From positions 1,920,001 to 1,984,000 of the forward strand of contig CAWHDR010000001.1 of NCBI GenBank assembly GCA_963828165.1: a stretch of 64,000 nucleotides of DNA. The letters are read 5' to 3'. The notes beneath the pieces are model-generated. The model saw nothing but the letters and a program-made list of their open reading frames with translations, ran no database searches and had not been told where the DNA came from. Each line of letters opens with the position of its first letter. Position 1 is the first letter of the stretch. Origin of the DNA: an uncultured Chloroflexia bacterium. GTDB lineage: Bacteria > Chloroflexota > Limnocylindria > Limnocylindrales > CSP1-4. The position numbers were made by a program, and so were the translations under genes. Of the stretch, positions 27,393 through 37,567 are shown piece by piece.

Positions 27393-30164
27393 ATGCGCCT
27401 GGTGGGCGCCGTGGCCGTCCTGCTGCGTCGGATCCGGGCCGAGCGCGGGGTGGCGATCCTGCTCTTCGTGTTGGTCGCGGTGACGAGCTTCGTCGTCGCG
27501 GCCAGCCCGCGCCTGTTCGATCGCGTCGCCGATTCCGGCCTGCGCTACGAGGTCGCACGGGCGACGTCCGCCCAGCGAAACATCCAGTTCACGACCGTCG
27601 ACCAGATCCGAGCGGAAGACGGCGAAGCGCTCGCCAACGTCGATGACCGCGGGGAGGGGCTCATGGAGCGCTTGCCCGAGTCGGTCGGCCAGCTCATCGA
27701 GGGGCGCTCATACGTCGTCGACACCACGCGCTTCCGCCTCACGGACCCGCCCAATTACACGTCCTACGTCACCCTCCGGAACCAGGACGGCGTCGACGAC
27801 CACATCGAGCTCGTCGGGGGCCGACGGCCGGCCCGTGCAGCGGTGCCGACCGAGCCCGACCAGCCGCCCAGGTTCGAGGTGGCGCTCTCGAGCGCGGCTG
27901 CCGCTCAGCTTCTGGTCGAGCTGGGCGACATCCTCCCGGCGGAGGTCGATCCGGGGGACCCGATGCTGCGGACCCTCTTTCCGCGACCGACGACGGCCGT
28001 CGAGATGGAGGTCGTCGGCCTGTTCGAGGTCGACGACCGGCGCGCACCGTACTGGTTCGATGAGACCACGCTCGCCGAAGCCGCGATCGGCGGGACGGAC
28101 GATTCCCCCATCGCGTTCGCCACGGCCCTGATCGCACCCGAGGCCTACGCCGACGTCTTCACGCTGGGCTTGCCGACCCGCTACCGCTGGCGGCTCCAGG
28201 TCGATGCGGAGCGACTGGATGCGGGCGAAGTCACGCCCCTCCGGGACGACCTGCGCCGGCTCGGGTCGAGCTTCGGGACGGCTGGATCCGGTGCGAATGG
28301 GCGCATCCTGTACCGCTCGGGCCTGCTGGACGTCCTCGAGCGGTTCGCCGCCCGGCGTACGGCCACCGAGGCGGCCCTGTGGGTGGCTGCGATGGGCCCG
28401 CTGGCCGTGGCCGCCGGCGCCCTCGGGTTGGTCGCGGTCATCATCGTCGGGCGGCGACGGGCCGCGTTGGTCCTTGCTCGCGGTCGCGGCGCATCCGCCG
28501 CCCAGCTGCTCGCCGCCCAGCTCTGGGAGGGTCTCCTGATCTCGGTCCCGGCCGCCGTCGTGGGCCTCCTCCTCGCGGGGGCGGCCGTGCCTTCTCGTCC
28601 CGCGGCCGCGTCGTCGATCGGGGTCATCGTCGTGGCCCTGACCGTGACCGCGCTCCTGCTCGCCGCGACGTGGCCGGTGGCCCGCCGGGCGAGACGCGAC
28701 CTGGAGCGCGCCGAGGCGCCGGTCGGGCGCCTGGCCCCGCGCCGGTTGGTCATCGAAGCGACCGTCGTCGGGATCGCCGTCGCCGCGGCGTGGCTGCTCC
28801 GTGAGCGGGGCCTGGGCGGCCAGCGACCCAGCAGCGCATCGGCCGGCTTCGACCCGTTCCTTGCCGCGGCGCCGGTGCTCGTCGGTGTGGCGACCGCGCT
28901 CGTCGCTATCCGGCTGTACCCGATCCCGGTGCGGGCGCTCGCCTGGTTGACGGCCCGCCGCCGCGATCTCGTGCCGGCGCTCGGCCTGCGGAGCATCGGG
29001 CGGAACCCGAGCGCGGCATATCTGCCGCTGCTGGTCCTGACCCTCACGGTCGCGATGGGCGTGTTCTCGTCGGTGCTTGCCGCGACGATCGACGACGGCC
29101 AGGTCGCGGCCTCGTGGCAGGAGGTCGGAGCGGACTACCGCATCGAAGCGCTGCCCGATGGATTCCTGGGACCCGGCGTCGACCCAGCGACGGTCCCCGG
29201 TGTCGAAGCGGTCTCCGCTGCGTTCACGGAGACGACCAACCCGGTCCGCGGCGAGGTCGGGCGACCCGGGAGCCTGTCGTTGATCGCGGTCGACCCGGTC
29301 GCCCACGAGGCGGTCCTGGCGGGGTCGCCTCTGGCCGTGCAGTTTCCGGCCTCCATCCATGACGCGCAGGGCCGCTCCGGGAGCGGCGCCGGCGACCAAC
29401 CCATCCCGGTCCTCGTATCGAGGCGCGTCCCGAACGGCTGGCAGCCGCTGTCGATCGGGGAGGTCTTCCGGCACGGGGTCGGGGAACAGCCGTTGACCTT
29501 GTCGGTCGTGGGCTTCCTCGATACCTTCCCCGGCGTCCCTCGCGGAACGGCCTTCGTCGTCGCGCCCATGGACCCGGTCGTCGACGCCCTGCGGGCCGGC
29601 GACCCGCGGCCGACACTGCTGTTCGTGCGCGGCCCCGCCAGTCTCGGCGCGAGCTTGCGGGCTGCGGTGAGCGATGCGTCGGTCGGTGCGGTCGCCTCGC
29701 GTCATGAGCAGCTCGCTGCTGAACGCTCCGCCCCGCTTGTGGCGGCGGTGGGGCAGGGGTTCGTCGTGGCGCTCGGAGCGGCCGCGGTCTACGCGGTCCT
29801 GGCGGTCGTTGCAGTCGTGGCCCTCGAGGCCCAGCGGCGAGCCCGGGAGCTCGCCTACCTGCGCACCCTCGGACTGAGCGAGGGCCAGGCGATCGCCCTC
29901 GCGTTCGTCGAACATGCCCCTCCGGCGATCCTCGCGCTGGGGATCGGCATCCTGCTCGGGCTCGGTCTCGCGTGGTTGCTCGAACCAGGCCTGGGTCTGG
30001 CCGCATTCATCGATCCCGGTACCCCCGTGCGGCTGCAGATCGAGTGGGCGGCGGTGGCGGCGATGGCGCTGTCGATGTTGACGGTCGTCGGCATCCTGGT
30101 CGCGCTCAACGCGTGGCTGGCCCGTCGACTCGACCCGGGCCAGGCCCTCCGGATCGGCGAATGA
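27393..30164 (+). CDS. FtsX/MacB-like ABC permease
   Basis: LARGRGAS and ELAYLRTLGLS motifs, multiple TMs. Confidence 0.85.
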   Translation: MRLVGAVAVLLRRIRAERGVAILLFVLVAVTSFVVAASPRLFDRVADSGLRYEVARATSAQRNIQFTTVDQIRAEDGEALANVDDRGEGLMERLPESVGQLIEGRSYVVDTTRFRLTDPPNYTSYVTLRNQDGVDDHIELVGGRRPARAAVPTEPDQPPRFEVALSSAAAAQLLVELGDILPAEVDPGDPMLRTLFPRPTTAVEMEVVGLFEVDDRRAPYWFDETTLAEAAIGGTDDSPIAFATALIAPEAYADVFTLGLPTRYRWRLQVDAERLDAGEVTPLRDDLRRLGSSFGTAGSGANGRILYRSGLLDVLERFAARRTATEAALWVAAMGPLAVAAGALGLVAVIIVGRRRAALVLARGRGASAAQLLAAQLWEGLLISVPAAVVGLLLAGAAVPSRPAAASSIGVIVVALTVTALLLAATWPVARRARRDLERAEAPVGRLAPRRLVIEATVVGIAVAAAWLLRERGLGGQRPSSASAGFDPFLAAAPVLVGVATALVAIRLYPIPVRALAWLTARRRDLVPALGLRSIGRNPSAAYLPLLVLTLTVAMGVFSSVLAATIDDGQVAASWQEVGADYRIEALPDGFLGPGVDPATVPGVEAVSAAFTETTNPVRGEVGRPGSLSLIAVDPVAHEAVLAGSPLAVQFPASIHDAQGRSGSGAGDQPIPVLVSRRVPNGWQPLSIGEVFRHGVGEQPLTLSVVGFLDTFPGVPRGTAFVVAPMDPVVDALRAGDPRPTLLFVRGPASLGASLRAAVSDASVGAVASRHEQLAAERSAPLVAAVGQGFVVALGAAAVYAVLAVVAVVALEAQRRARELAYLRTLGLSEGQAIALAFVEHAPPAILALGIGILLGLGLAWLLEPGLGLAAFIDPGTPVRLQIEWAAVAAMALSMLTVVGILVALNAWLARRLDPGQALRIGE

Positions 30165-30189
30165 ACCACCAGATGACGGCGGAGGCACC

Positions 30190-31194
30190 ATGACCAATTC
30201 GATGGCCGAGATCGTCGACCTGCCCAGCGCGGAGCGTCAGGCCCGCCAGCCGCGCGCCCGGTACGGCGAGCGCGCGCTGATCGTGTGCGACAACCTGGTG
30301 AAGATCTACAAGGTGGCGGACCTGGAGGTCGTGGCGCTGCAGGGGCTTGACCTGCTGGTGGAATCCGGCGAGTTCATCGCCCTGGTCGGCGCGTCTGGGT
30401 CCGGCAAGAGCACCCTGCTCAACGTGCTCGGTGGGCTCGACGTGCCGTCGGCAGGACGCGCCATCGTCGCCGGCCACCAGCTCGCCGAGCTTGGCCCGCG
30501 GGAACAGACGCGCTATCTCCGCCAGGTGATCGGCTTCGTCTGGCAGCAGACCGGCCGAAACCTCCTGCCGTACCTGACCGCGCTCGAGAACGTGGCGCTG
30601 CCGATGGCGTTCGACGGGGTCCCGGCCGACATCCGCGCGACGCGGGCGCGCGAGCTGCTTCGCCAGGTCGGCCTCGATGAGCGGGCCGACCACCGGCCCC
30701 GGCATCTCTCGGGCGGGGAGCAGCAGCGGGTGGCGATCGCCGTGGCCCTGGCCAACGAGCCCGAGGTCATCCTCGCGGACGAGCCCACGGGTGAGCTCGA
30801 CTCGGGCAGCGCCGCCGAGATCTTCGAGCTGCTGCGGCGGCTCAACCGCGAGCTCGGCGTGACGATCATCGTGGCGACGCACGATCCGCTCGTCAGCAGC
30901 CAGGTGAGCCGGACGGTCTCCATCCGGGACGGCCGGGTCAGCAGCGAGGTCCTCCGCCACCGGTCGGGTCCGACCGAGGACGATCACCACATCGAAACGG
31001 AATTCGCGGTGCTCGATCGCGTCGGGCGCTTGCAGCTGCCGCGCGCCCACGTCGAGGCGCTCGGGCTGGAGAGACGTGTGCGCGTGGATCTCGAGGAGGA
31101 CCACATCAGCGTGTGGCCGGATCGGAGCGCTGGGGCTGCGGGCGAGCCGCGGCCGCCGGCCGATCGTTCAGCAGATCGCGGGGACGCGCGATGA
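30190..31194 (+). CDS. LolD/MacB-type ABC ATPase with C-terminal extension
   Basis: GASGSGKS, LSGGEQQRV, LADEPTGELD; C-terminal VLDRVGRLQLP. Confidence 0.9.
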   Translation: MTNSMAEIVDLPSAERQARQPRARYGERALIVCDNLVKIYKVADLEVVALQGLDLLVESGEFIALVGASGSGKSTLLNVLGGLDVPSAGRAIVAGHQLAELGPREQTRYLRQVIGFVWQQTGRNLLPYLTALENVALPMAFDGVPADIRATRARELLRQVGLDERADHRPRHLSGGEQQRVAIAVALANEPEVILADEPTGELDSGSAAEIFELLRRLNRELGVTIIVATHDPLVSSQVSRTVSIRDGRVSSEVLRHRSGPTEDDHHIETEFAVLDRVGRLQLPRAHVEALGLERRVRVDLEEDHISVWPDRSAGAAGEPRPPADRSADRGDAR

Positions 31195-31901
31195 CCGAGA
31201 CGGGACGCACGGTTCCCGCGGGGCCCATGGTCGAGACCCGCGGCCTCGGCCGCGACTTCTCGGTCGGTCCGGTCGTCGTCCACGCGCTGCGCGACGTGAA
31301 CCTCGCGGTCGACCGTGGGGAGCTGGTGGCGGTCCGTGGCCGGTCGGGTTCGGGCAAGACGACGCTGCTGTCGCTGATCGGCGGGCTCGACCGGGCGACG
31401 TCGGGCGATGTCGCGATCGACGGGCGATCGGTCGGCGACATGACCCCCGATACGCTGGTCGAATTGCGGCGTCGCAAGATCGGCTTCATCTTCCAGGCGT
31501 TCGGCCTGCTGTCCATCCTGTCGGCGGCGGAGAACGTCGAAGTCCCGCTTCGGCTCGTCCGGGCCGCTCCGTCCGAGCGCGAAGAGCGGGTCGCGGTGTT
31601 GCTGGAGCTGGTCGGTCTCGGGCAGCGCGGGCGGCACCGGCCGCACGAGCTATCGGGCGGTGAGCAGCAGCGTGTGGCGATCGCGCGGGCGCTCGCGAAC
31701 CGGCCGGATCTCCTGCTCGCCGATGAGCCGACCGGTCAGCTCGACTCTGCGACCGGTCGCTCGATCATGAGCCTGCTGCGCGCGGTGGTGCGCAGCGAAG
31801 GCGTGACGGCGATCATCGCCACGCACGATCCCACGCTCATCGACCTCGCCGACCGGGTGATCGATATCAGCGATGGGCGGATCGTGGGCCGAGCCGGCTG
31901 A
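31191..31901 (+). CDS. LolD/MacB-type ABC ATPase
   Basis: GRSGSGKT, LSGGEQQRV, LADEPTGQLD; ATGA overlap. Confidence 0.9.
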   Translation: MTETGRTVPAGPMVETRGLGRDFSVGPVVVHALRDVNLAVDRGELVAVRGRSGSGKTTLLSLIGGLDRATSGDVAIDGRSVGDMTPDTLVELRRRKIGFIFQAFGLLSILSAAENVEVPLRLVRAAPSEREERVAVLLELVGLGQRGRHRPHELSGGEQQRVAIARALANRPDLLLADEPTGQLDSATGRSIMSLLRAVVRSEGVTAIIATHDPTLIDLADRVIDISDGRIVGRAG

Positions 31902-31946
31902 GGCCGCCGATGCCGCCGGAGCGGCACGCAGCTGTGCCGCCGGGGG

Positions 31947-32462
31947 TCAGCCCGGCGTTCGGTCGCCCCCGAGGCCTTTGAGCAGGTCGTCGAGATCAGC
32001 GGCCCCCGCACCCGTTCCGGTGCTGCTCGCACCGGCGCCGGCCGTACCGAGCAGTCCGCCCAGCAACCCGCCGAGGTCGGGCATCCCGCCTTGACCGGCG
32101 GCCCCATCGAGGCCGCCCGACGGGGCCGAACCGCTCGGCGTCAGCATGTCGATGATCTGGGGCAGGAACATGGCCAGCAGGGGCAGGAGCGCACCGATGT
32201 CGATGCCGGATCCAGTCGAGAGCTGTTGCACGGTGTCGGGTCCGAGCGCCTGGCTGAGCCGCTGTGGGTCGACCGGCTGGTTCGGCCCGGTCGAGACCCA
32301 CGAGTCGACCTCGTTCGAGAGCCCGCCTTGGCGGAGCTTGCCGACCAGGCCGTCGAGACCCCCGGTCTGCTCGATCGCACTGGTCAGGCCGGTCAACGCG
32401 GCCGGATCGGCCGCAGCCCCGCCGCCGCCCAGGCTCCTGGAACGCTGCGAGAGGTCGTCCAT
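31947..32462 (-). CDS. YidB/DUF937-family protein
   Basis: GGLDGLVGKLRQGGL..VDSWVSTGPNQPV, LPQIIDMLTP; GGAGGAG RBS. Confidence 0.8.
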   Translation of the reverse strand: MDDLSQRSRSLGGGGAAADPAALTGLTSAIEQTGGLDGLVGKLRQGGLSNEVDSWVSTGPNQPVDPQRLSQALGPDTVQQLSTGSGIDIGALLPLLAMFLPQIIDMLTPSGSAPSGGLDGAAGQGGMPDLGGLLGGLLGTAGAGASSTGTGAGAADLDDLLKGLGGDRTPG

Positions 32463-32552
32463 TGGTCTCTCCTCCGCCCGATGGGCACCTGGGAACAAAG
32501 GTCTGGGGGCGTCGATGGTACGCCGTCGACGTACCGCAGAGGAGGGTGCGCC

Positions 32553-33590
32553 TCAGCCCTCGTCCGGCAGCGGATCGATCGGTCCTGTCGGGGCGTCCGC
32601 CGCCGGCACCTCCGGAGCGGCCTCGCCCGCCGGCAGGTCCCACGGCCAGGTCTTGAGGCGTCGCAGCAACCGCCGGCCCGTGAGGTCCAGGTGGATCGGC
32701 GTGATCGCGATCCGCCGGTTGATGACCGCGTGGTAGTCGGTGCCCGGCACGGCGAGGCCTGACGGCGGAGGTCCGCCGATCCAGAAGTAGGGGATGCCGC
32801 GCGGGTCGCGTCGCTCGACGAGCTGGTCGGAATACACCCGCCGGCCGAGGCGGGTGACCTCGAATCCCCCGGACTCCTCGAGGGACGCGGCCGGGACGTT
32901 GACGTTGATGAGCTCGCCCCGCGAGAGCCCCTCGGTGAGGATGTTTCGGGCCACCACCGTTGCCGCGTAGCCGGCCAGCGCGAAATCCGGGTGCTCGTAG
33001 TACTCCTGCGAGATCGCGAACGCGGGGCAGTTGTTGATCACGGCCTCCATCGCGGCGCTGACAGTCCCCGAGTACGTGATGTCGTCGCCGAGGTTGGCCC
33101 CGTAGTTGATGCCCGCGGCGACGAGATCGAAGCCGTGCTCGAAGTAGCCCAGGAAGGCGAGGCTGACCGCGTCGGTCGGCGAACCGTCCACGGAATACGC
33201 GGGAGAGCCGTCCGCCAGGATCCTTTCGCGCACGCGCAGCGGTCGCATCAGCGTCTTCTGGTGACCCACGGCGCTCTGGTTCGTGTCGGGCGCGACGACC
33301 GTCACGTCCCCGATCGGCTCGAGGGCCTGCTTGAGCGCGAGCAGGCCACGTGACTCGACCCCGTCGTCGTTGGTGACGAGGATGCGCGGCCGGCTGGTGT
33401 ATTCCGGCTTGGGACGCGACGGCGTCCGGAGGGCGCGCGGGCCGCCGCGCTCGCTCCCGCCTGCCAGCGGCTCACCCCGCTCCAGGTCGACGTCGCGCCG
33501 CTCGGACCGGGCGCGCTCGCGGGTCATGTCCGGGACCTCGGCCTTGGCCGGCGTCGAGTCTCCCTTGCGAGCGCCCTTCTCGCCGCTCAC
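32553..33590 (-). CDS. surE: 5'/3'-nucleotidase SurE
   Basis: RILVTNDDG, VAPDTNQS, DGSPTD, GINYGANLG, YSGTVSAAME; start GTG 33590 or ATG 33527. Confidence 0.9.
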   Translation of the reverse strand: MSGEKGARKGDSTPAKAEVPDMTRERARSERRDVDLERGEPLAGGSERGGPRALRTPSRPKPEYTSRPRILVTNDDGVESRGLLALKQALEPIGDVTVVAPDTNQSAVGHQKTLMRPLRVRERILADGSPAYSVDGSPTDAVSLAFLGYFEHGFDLVAAGINYGANLGDDITYSGTVSAAMEAVINNCPAFAISQEYYEHPDFALAGYAATVVARNILTEGLSRGELINVNVPAASLEESGGFEVTRLGRRVYSDQLVERRDPRGIPYFWIGGPPPSGLAVPGTDYHAVINRRIAITPIHLDLTGRRLLRRLKTWPWDLPAGEAAPEVPAADAPTGPIDPLPDEG

Positions 33591-34777
33591 GGGTCGACGA
33601 CGTCCGTGGCGCCTCCGGGCACGGGTTCGCGTGGGACCCGCACCGGCCGGCCCTCGCGCTCGCTCAGGCGTTTCGCGGCACGGCCGGTGACCGAGCGATC
33701 GCCCGAGGTGCGGTGCAGGAAGTGGAAGAAGAACGCCGAGGCCACGGCCGCGATCGGGATCCCGAAGATGGCTCCGGGGATGCCCGCGATCTTCGACCCG
33801 ATCAGGACCGAGCCGAGCACCACGATCGGGTGGATCCCGACCGCGCCCTGCATGATCCGGGGCTGGAGCACGTTCATCACGATCACCCAGCCGATGCCCA
33901 TGATCACGATCGTCGGCACCAGGGCCTCGGGTTTGAAGATCAAGGCCGAGATGACGGGCGGGGCCCAGGCCAGGAACGGCCCGAAGAACGGGATCGCCAT
34001 CAGGAGGCCCGCGGCGGTCGACGTCAGCGCCTCGAGCGGCAGCCCCAGCAACACGCTCGTCGCCATCGCGATCAGGAAATAGACGATGCCCATGAGCGCC
34101 TGGCCGCGCAGGAACCCGCCGAACGAGCGGGCGACCGAGGTCTGCAGGAGCCGAGCCTCTTCGGCGTAGGTCGGTGGTACGAGGCGGAAGATGAAGGCCA
34201 TGATCGCGTCGCGATCGATGACCATGTAGATCGACAGGATGAACACGATCAGCATCGTCCCGATCGCGCCGACGCTGGCGACCGCGATCGACTGGAGGGG
34301 AACGATCAGCTGGGCCGCGACGACATCGAGGTTGTCGAGGATCGCGAGCGCCTGCGCGGCGAGGTCCACCTGTCCGAGCCCGATGCCGGTCAGCCAGCCC
34401 TGCAGCGGGGCGAGGATCGTGCCGATGTCGGCGCGGATCTGCGGGAGGGAAGCGATGAGCTGCGTGATCGACGTGGACAGCGCCTGGGCCACGATGAGCA
34501 CGATGAACACCAGGATCACGACGATCGCGCTGTAGACGATCACCGTCGCCAACACCCGCGGCAGGCGTGGGATCAGCGCGACGATCCGGGTGACGATCGG
34601 GCTGATGATGAACGCGAGCAGCCAGGCCAGGAAGAACGTCAGCAGGGTGTCGCCGAAGTAGCCGATGGCCGCAGCCGCCAGGCTGACGGCGGTGAAGAAC
34701 AGGACCACCGTCGCGAGCACGAGGATGGCGCCGACGAGTCGGCGTTCGCGAGTGGCGGTTCCCAGGGCGTCGATCAT
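33587..34777 (-). CDS. AI-2E family transporter
   Basis: Multi-TM; FGGFLRGQ, IPFFGP, LQPRIMQGAVGIHP, GAIFGIP. Confidence 0.85.
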   Translation of the reverse strand: MIDALGTATRERRLVGAILVLATVVLFFTAVSLAAAAIGYFGDTLLTFFLAWLLAFIISPIVTRIVALIPRLPRVLATVIVYSAIVVILVFIVLIVAQALSTSITQLIASLPQIRADIGTILAPLQGWLTGIGLGQVDLAAQALAILDNLDVVAAQLIVPLQSIAVASVGAIGTMLIVFILSIYMVIDRDAIMAFIFRLVPPTYAEEARLLQTSVARSFGGFLRGQALMGIVYFLIAMATSVLLGLPLEALTSTAAGLLMAIPFFGPFLAWAPPVISALIFKPEALVPTIVIMGIGWVIVMNVLQPRIMQGAVGIHPIVVLGSVLIGSKIAGIPGAIFGIPIAAVASAFFFHFLHRTSGDRSVTGRAAKRLSEREGRPVRVPREPVPGGATDVVDP

Positions 34778-34785
34778 GGCGGGCC

Positions 34786-35805
34786 TTACCGGAGCCCCAT
34801 CTTCTCGCGAACCTCGGCCATCGTCGCCTCGGCGATCGGGCGGGCACGCCCGGCACCGTCGTCCAGGATGCGTGCGATGCGGGCCGGATCGGCCATCAGC
34901 TCGGCGTAGCGCTCGCGGGCCTCCGCGTAGTGCCGGATGATCCGCTCTGCGAGGAGGCGCTTCGTGTCGACGCAGCCCGTCCGCGCCGTCCGTTCGCCGT
35001 CCCAGATCTCCTCGAAATCGTCGCCGAAGAACCGGTGCAGCTGGCATACGTTGCAGACCTCGGGGCGACCCGGGTCGGTCCGCAGGATGCGCTTGGTGTC
35101 GGTGACCATGCTCATGACCTGCTTGGTCACCACCTCGGGCGGTGCGAGGATATCGATGGTGTTGGCGAGCGACTTGGACATCTTCCGCACGCCGTCCGTG
35201 CCCAGGACGATGGGCGATTCCGTGAAGACCGCCTGCGGCTCGGGGAAGGTGTCGCCATACAGCGTGTTGAACCGGCGCACGATCTCCCGCGATAGCTCCA
35301 GGTGTGCCGCCTGGTCCTTCCCGACTGGCACGAGCGACGCCTTGTAGAGGACGATGTCGGCCGCCTGCAGCACCGGGTAGCTGAGCAACCCGTGGTTGAC
35401 GTCGTCCGGCTGCTGCTGCTTCTTCTCCTTGTACGTGGGCGTGCGCTCCAGCCAGCTGACCGGCGTGACGGTCATCAGCAGCCAGCCGAGCTCGGTCGCC
35501 TCCGGCCGGTGGCTCTGGACGAACAGGGTGCAGCGCTCCGGGTCCAGGCCCAGCGCGATCAGCGAGGCGGCCATCTCGCGCGTCCTGGTCCGGAGCGCGT
35601 CGGGGTCGTGGAGGCTCGTCAGGGCGTGGTAATCGACGATGCAATAGATCGCCTCGTACTCCCACTGGAGCTTCACGTAGTTGCGGATCGCACCCAGGTC
35701 GTTGCCAAGGTGGGGCGCCCCGGATGGTTGGATCCCGGAGAAGATCCGCGGCCGTGGCGAGGGCGCCGCGACCGGCACGGGGGCAGGGGCGATCTCGGTC
35801 GTCAT
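34786..35805 (-). CDS. trpS: Tryptophan-tRNA ligase
   Basis: FSGIQPSGAPHLGN, YPVLQAADI, VPVGKDQ, KMSKS. Confidence 0.95.
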   Translation of the reverse strand: MTTEIAPAPVPVAAPSPRPRIFSGIQPSGAPHLGNDLGAIRNYVKLQWEYEAIYCIVDYHALTSLHDPDALRTRTREMAASLIALGLDPERCTLFVQSHRPEATELGWLLMTVTPVSWLERTPTYKEKKQQQPDDVNHGLLSYPVLQAADIVLYKASLVPVGKDQAAHLELSREIVRRFNTLYGDTFPEPQAVFTESPIVLGTDGVRKMSKSLANTIDILAPPEVVTKQVMSMVTDTKRILRTDPGRPEVCNVCQLHRFFGDDFEEIWDGERTARTGCVDTKRLLAERIIRHYAEARERYAELMADPARIARILDDGAGRARPIAEATMAEVREKMGLR

Positions 35806-35863
35806 CGGCGAGGCGAGTGTAGCCGACGCCTCTGCGGGGGGACGGTCGGCGGGGAATGCGATC

Positions 35864-35930
35864 TGCAACGCAGTTGCAACCCGAGAGTCGTACCGGACCT
35901 AGCCTTGGGTAGTCGCATCGCAGTTGCATC
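35864..35930. promoter_or_regulatory. Paired palindromic operator candidates
   Basis: TGCAAC-gca-GTTGCA at 35864-35878 and the variant CGCATC-gca-GTTGCA at 35914-35928, 50 bp apart, between divergent trpS and MFS genes. Confidence 0.55.
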
Positions 35931-36085
35931 GCAGCGAAGCCCGAATGCCGTTCGGCACCGTCGGTCGAATCGACGGGAGGTGCGCCTCCGGTACGACCCG
36001 TCTGCAGTCAGCGCGGCCCGAAACGGCCCGCGCGTGCCCAACGCGCTCGCCCGCTCGCAAGCGGCGACCCCAGGAGGAACGACCC

Positions 36086-37552
36086 GTGGCAACCACGGCT
36101 GCACCCGTCCCCGCCCAGCCGTCCGACGAGACCGCCGTCGCCCGCTACCAGTTCAAGCTTCCCTTCGTCATCGGCGCGTCGGCCGCCGGCACGGTGATCG
36201 AGTGGTATGACTTCTACCTCTACGGCGTGTTGGCTGCGTTCTTCGCGACGCAGTTCTTTCCGCCGGGCAATGAAGTCGCTGCGCTGCTGTCGTCGCTCGC
36301 CACGTTCGGCGCCGGGTTCGCCGTCCGGCCGTTCGGGGCAGCGTTCTTCGGTCGGATCGGCGACATCATCGGACGCAAGTTCACCTTCCTCGTCACCATC
36401 TCCCTGATGGGCGGGGCCACCGCCCTCGTCGGCCTGCTGCCGACCTACGCCCAGATCGGCGTCCTGGCGCCGATCATCCTCGTGGTCCTTCGCCTGGCAC
36501 AGGGGCTGGCCCTCGGTGGCGAATACGGCGGTGCCGCGATCTACGTCGCTGAGCACGCCCCCGATCACCAACGTGGCAAATACACGAGCTGGATCCAGAC
36601 GACCGCGACCGTCGGCCTCCTGCTGGCCCTGGCAGTCGTCGCCTTCTTCCGACTATCGATGGGCGACGCGGCCTTCCGCGAGTACGGATGGCGCATCCCA
36701 TTCATCCTGTCGTCGGTCCTGGTGGTCCTGGCGCTGATGATCCGCTTGCGCCTGCAGGAGACCCCACTCTTCACACGCCTCAAGGCGGAGGGAAATTCCT
36801 CGACATCGCCCTGGCGCGAGAGCTTCGGCGATCCGGCCAACCGGAAGCTCATCCTCTTGGCCTTGTTCGGCATGACCGCCGGTCAGGCCGTGGTCTGGTA
36901 CCAGGGCCAGTTCCAGGCCCTGTTCTTCATGCAGACCATCCTGGGGATCAACTTCAGCACGTCGTACCTGATCGTCGGAACGGCCATCGTCCTCGCGACG
37001 CCGTTCTTCATCTTCTTCGGGCGCCTGTCGGACCGGGTCGGTAGAAAACCGATCATCCTCGGTGGTTGCCTGATCGCAGCGCTGTCATACCTCCCGATCT
37101 ACAACCTCATGTTCGCGGTCGCGAACCCGGTCGCCAACCCGAAGACCGACCCCGCGATCACCTCGACCTACATCAGCGCCAACCCGAACGTGATCGCGCT
37201 CATCGCGCTGGTCTGGATCCAGGTGGTGTTCGTGACCATGGTCTACGGGCCGATCGCGGCATTCCTGGTGGAGTACTTCCCGGCGCGCATCCGCTACACG
37301 TCGCTGTCCATCCCGTACCACATCGGCAACGGCTGGTTCGGCGGGTTCCTGCCCTTGATCGCGGCGAGCCTGTTCGCGGCGACGGGAAACATCTTCGCCG
37401 GGTTGATCTATCCGATCGTGGTCGCGCTGATCACGGCCTTCATCGGCTGGCGGTACGTACGCGAGTCGAAGGACGTCCGCATCTGGGACGAGGTCGGCGG
37501 CGAGACGGACAATGTGGTGACGGCCTCCCAACGGACCGAGTCCACGGCCTGA
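36086..37552 (+). CDS. MFS transporter, metabolite:H+ symporter (MHS) family
   Basis: GTVIEWYDFY, RPFGAAFFGRIGDIIGRK, QGLALGGEYGGA, GWRIPF, FPARIRYT; AGGAGG RBS and GTG at 36086. Confidence 0.9.
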   Translation: MATTAAPVPAQPSDETAVARYQFKLPFVIGASAAGTVIEWYDFYLYGVLAAFFATQFFPPGNEVAALLSSLATFGAGFAVRPFGAAFFGRIGDIIGRKFTFLVTISLMGGATALVGLLPTYAQIGVLAPIILVVLRLAQGLALGGEYGGAAIYVAEHAPDHQRGKYTSWIQTTATVGLLLALAVVAFFRLSMGDAAFREYGWRIPFILSSVLVVLALMIRLRLQETPLFTRLKAEGNSSTSPWRESFGDPANRKLILLALFGMTAGQAVVWYQGQFQALFFMQTILGINFSTSYLIVGTAIVLATPFFIFFGRLSDRVGRKPIILGGCLIAALSYLPIYNLMFAVANPVANPKTDPAITSTYISANPNVIALIALVWIQVVFVTMVYGPIAAFLVEYFPARIRYTSLSIPYHIGNGWFGGFLPLIAASLFAATGNIFAGLIYPIVVALITAFIGWRYVRESKDVRIWDEVGGETDNVVTASQRTESTA

Positions 37553-37567
37553 ATCCCAGCAGCCCGA

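Noticed and set aside
27708-30197. 829-aa minus-strand ORF and many similar long antisense ORFs (e.g. 2340..3920, 21688..23331, 37654..39534, 46219..47982, 58483..60498)
   Set aside because: Shadow frames of well-supported genes in high-GC DNA; no recognisable motifs.
32553-35929. Apparent 767-aa SurE and 780-aa AI-2E fusions in the ORF track
   Set aside because: The upstream extensions are alternative frames of the neighbouring AI-2E and trpS genes.
35806-36085. T-box leader for trpS
   Set aside because: No T-box consensus seen on the minus strand; the start looks leaderless.
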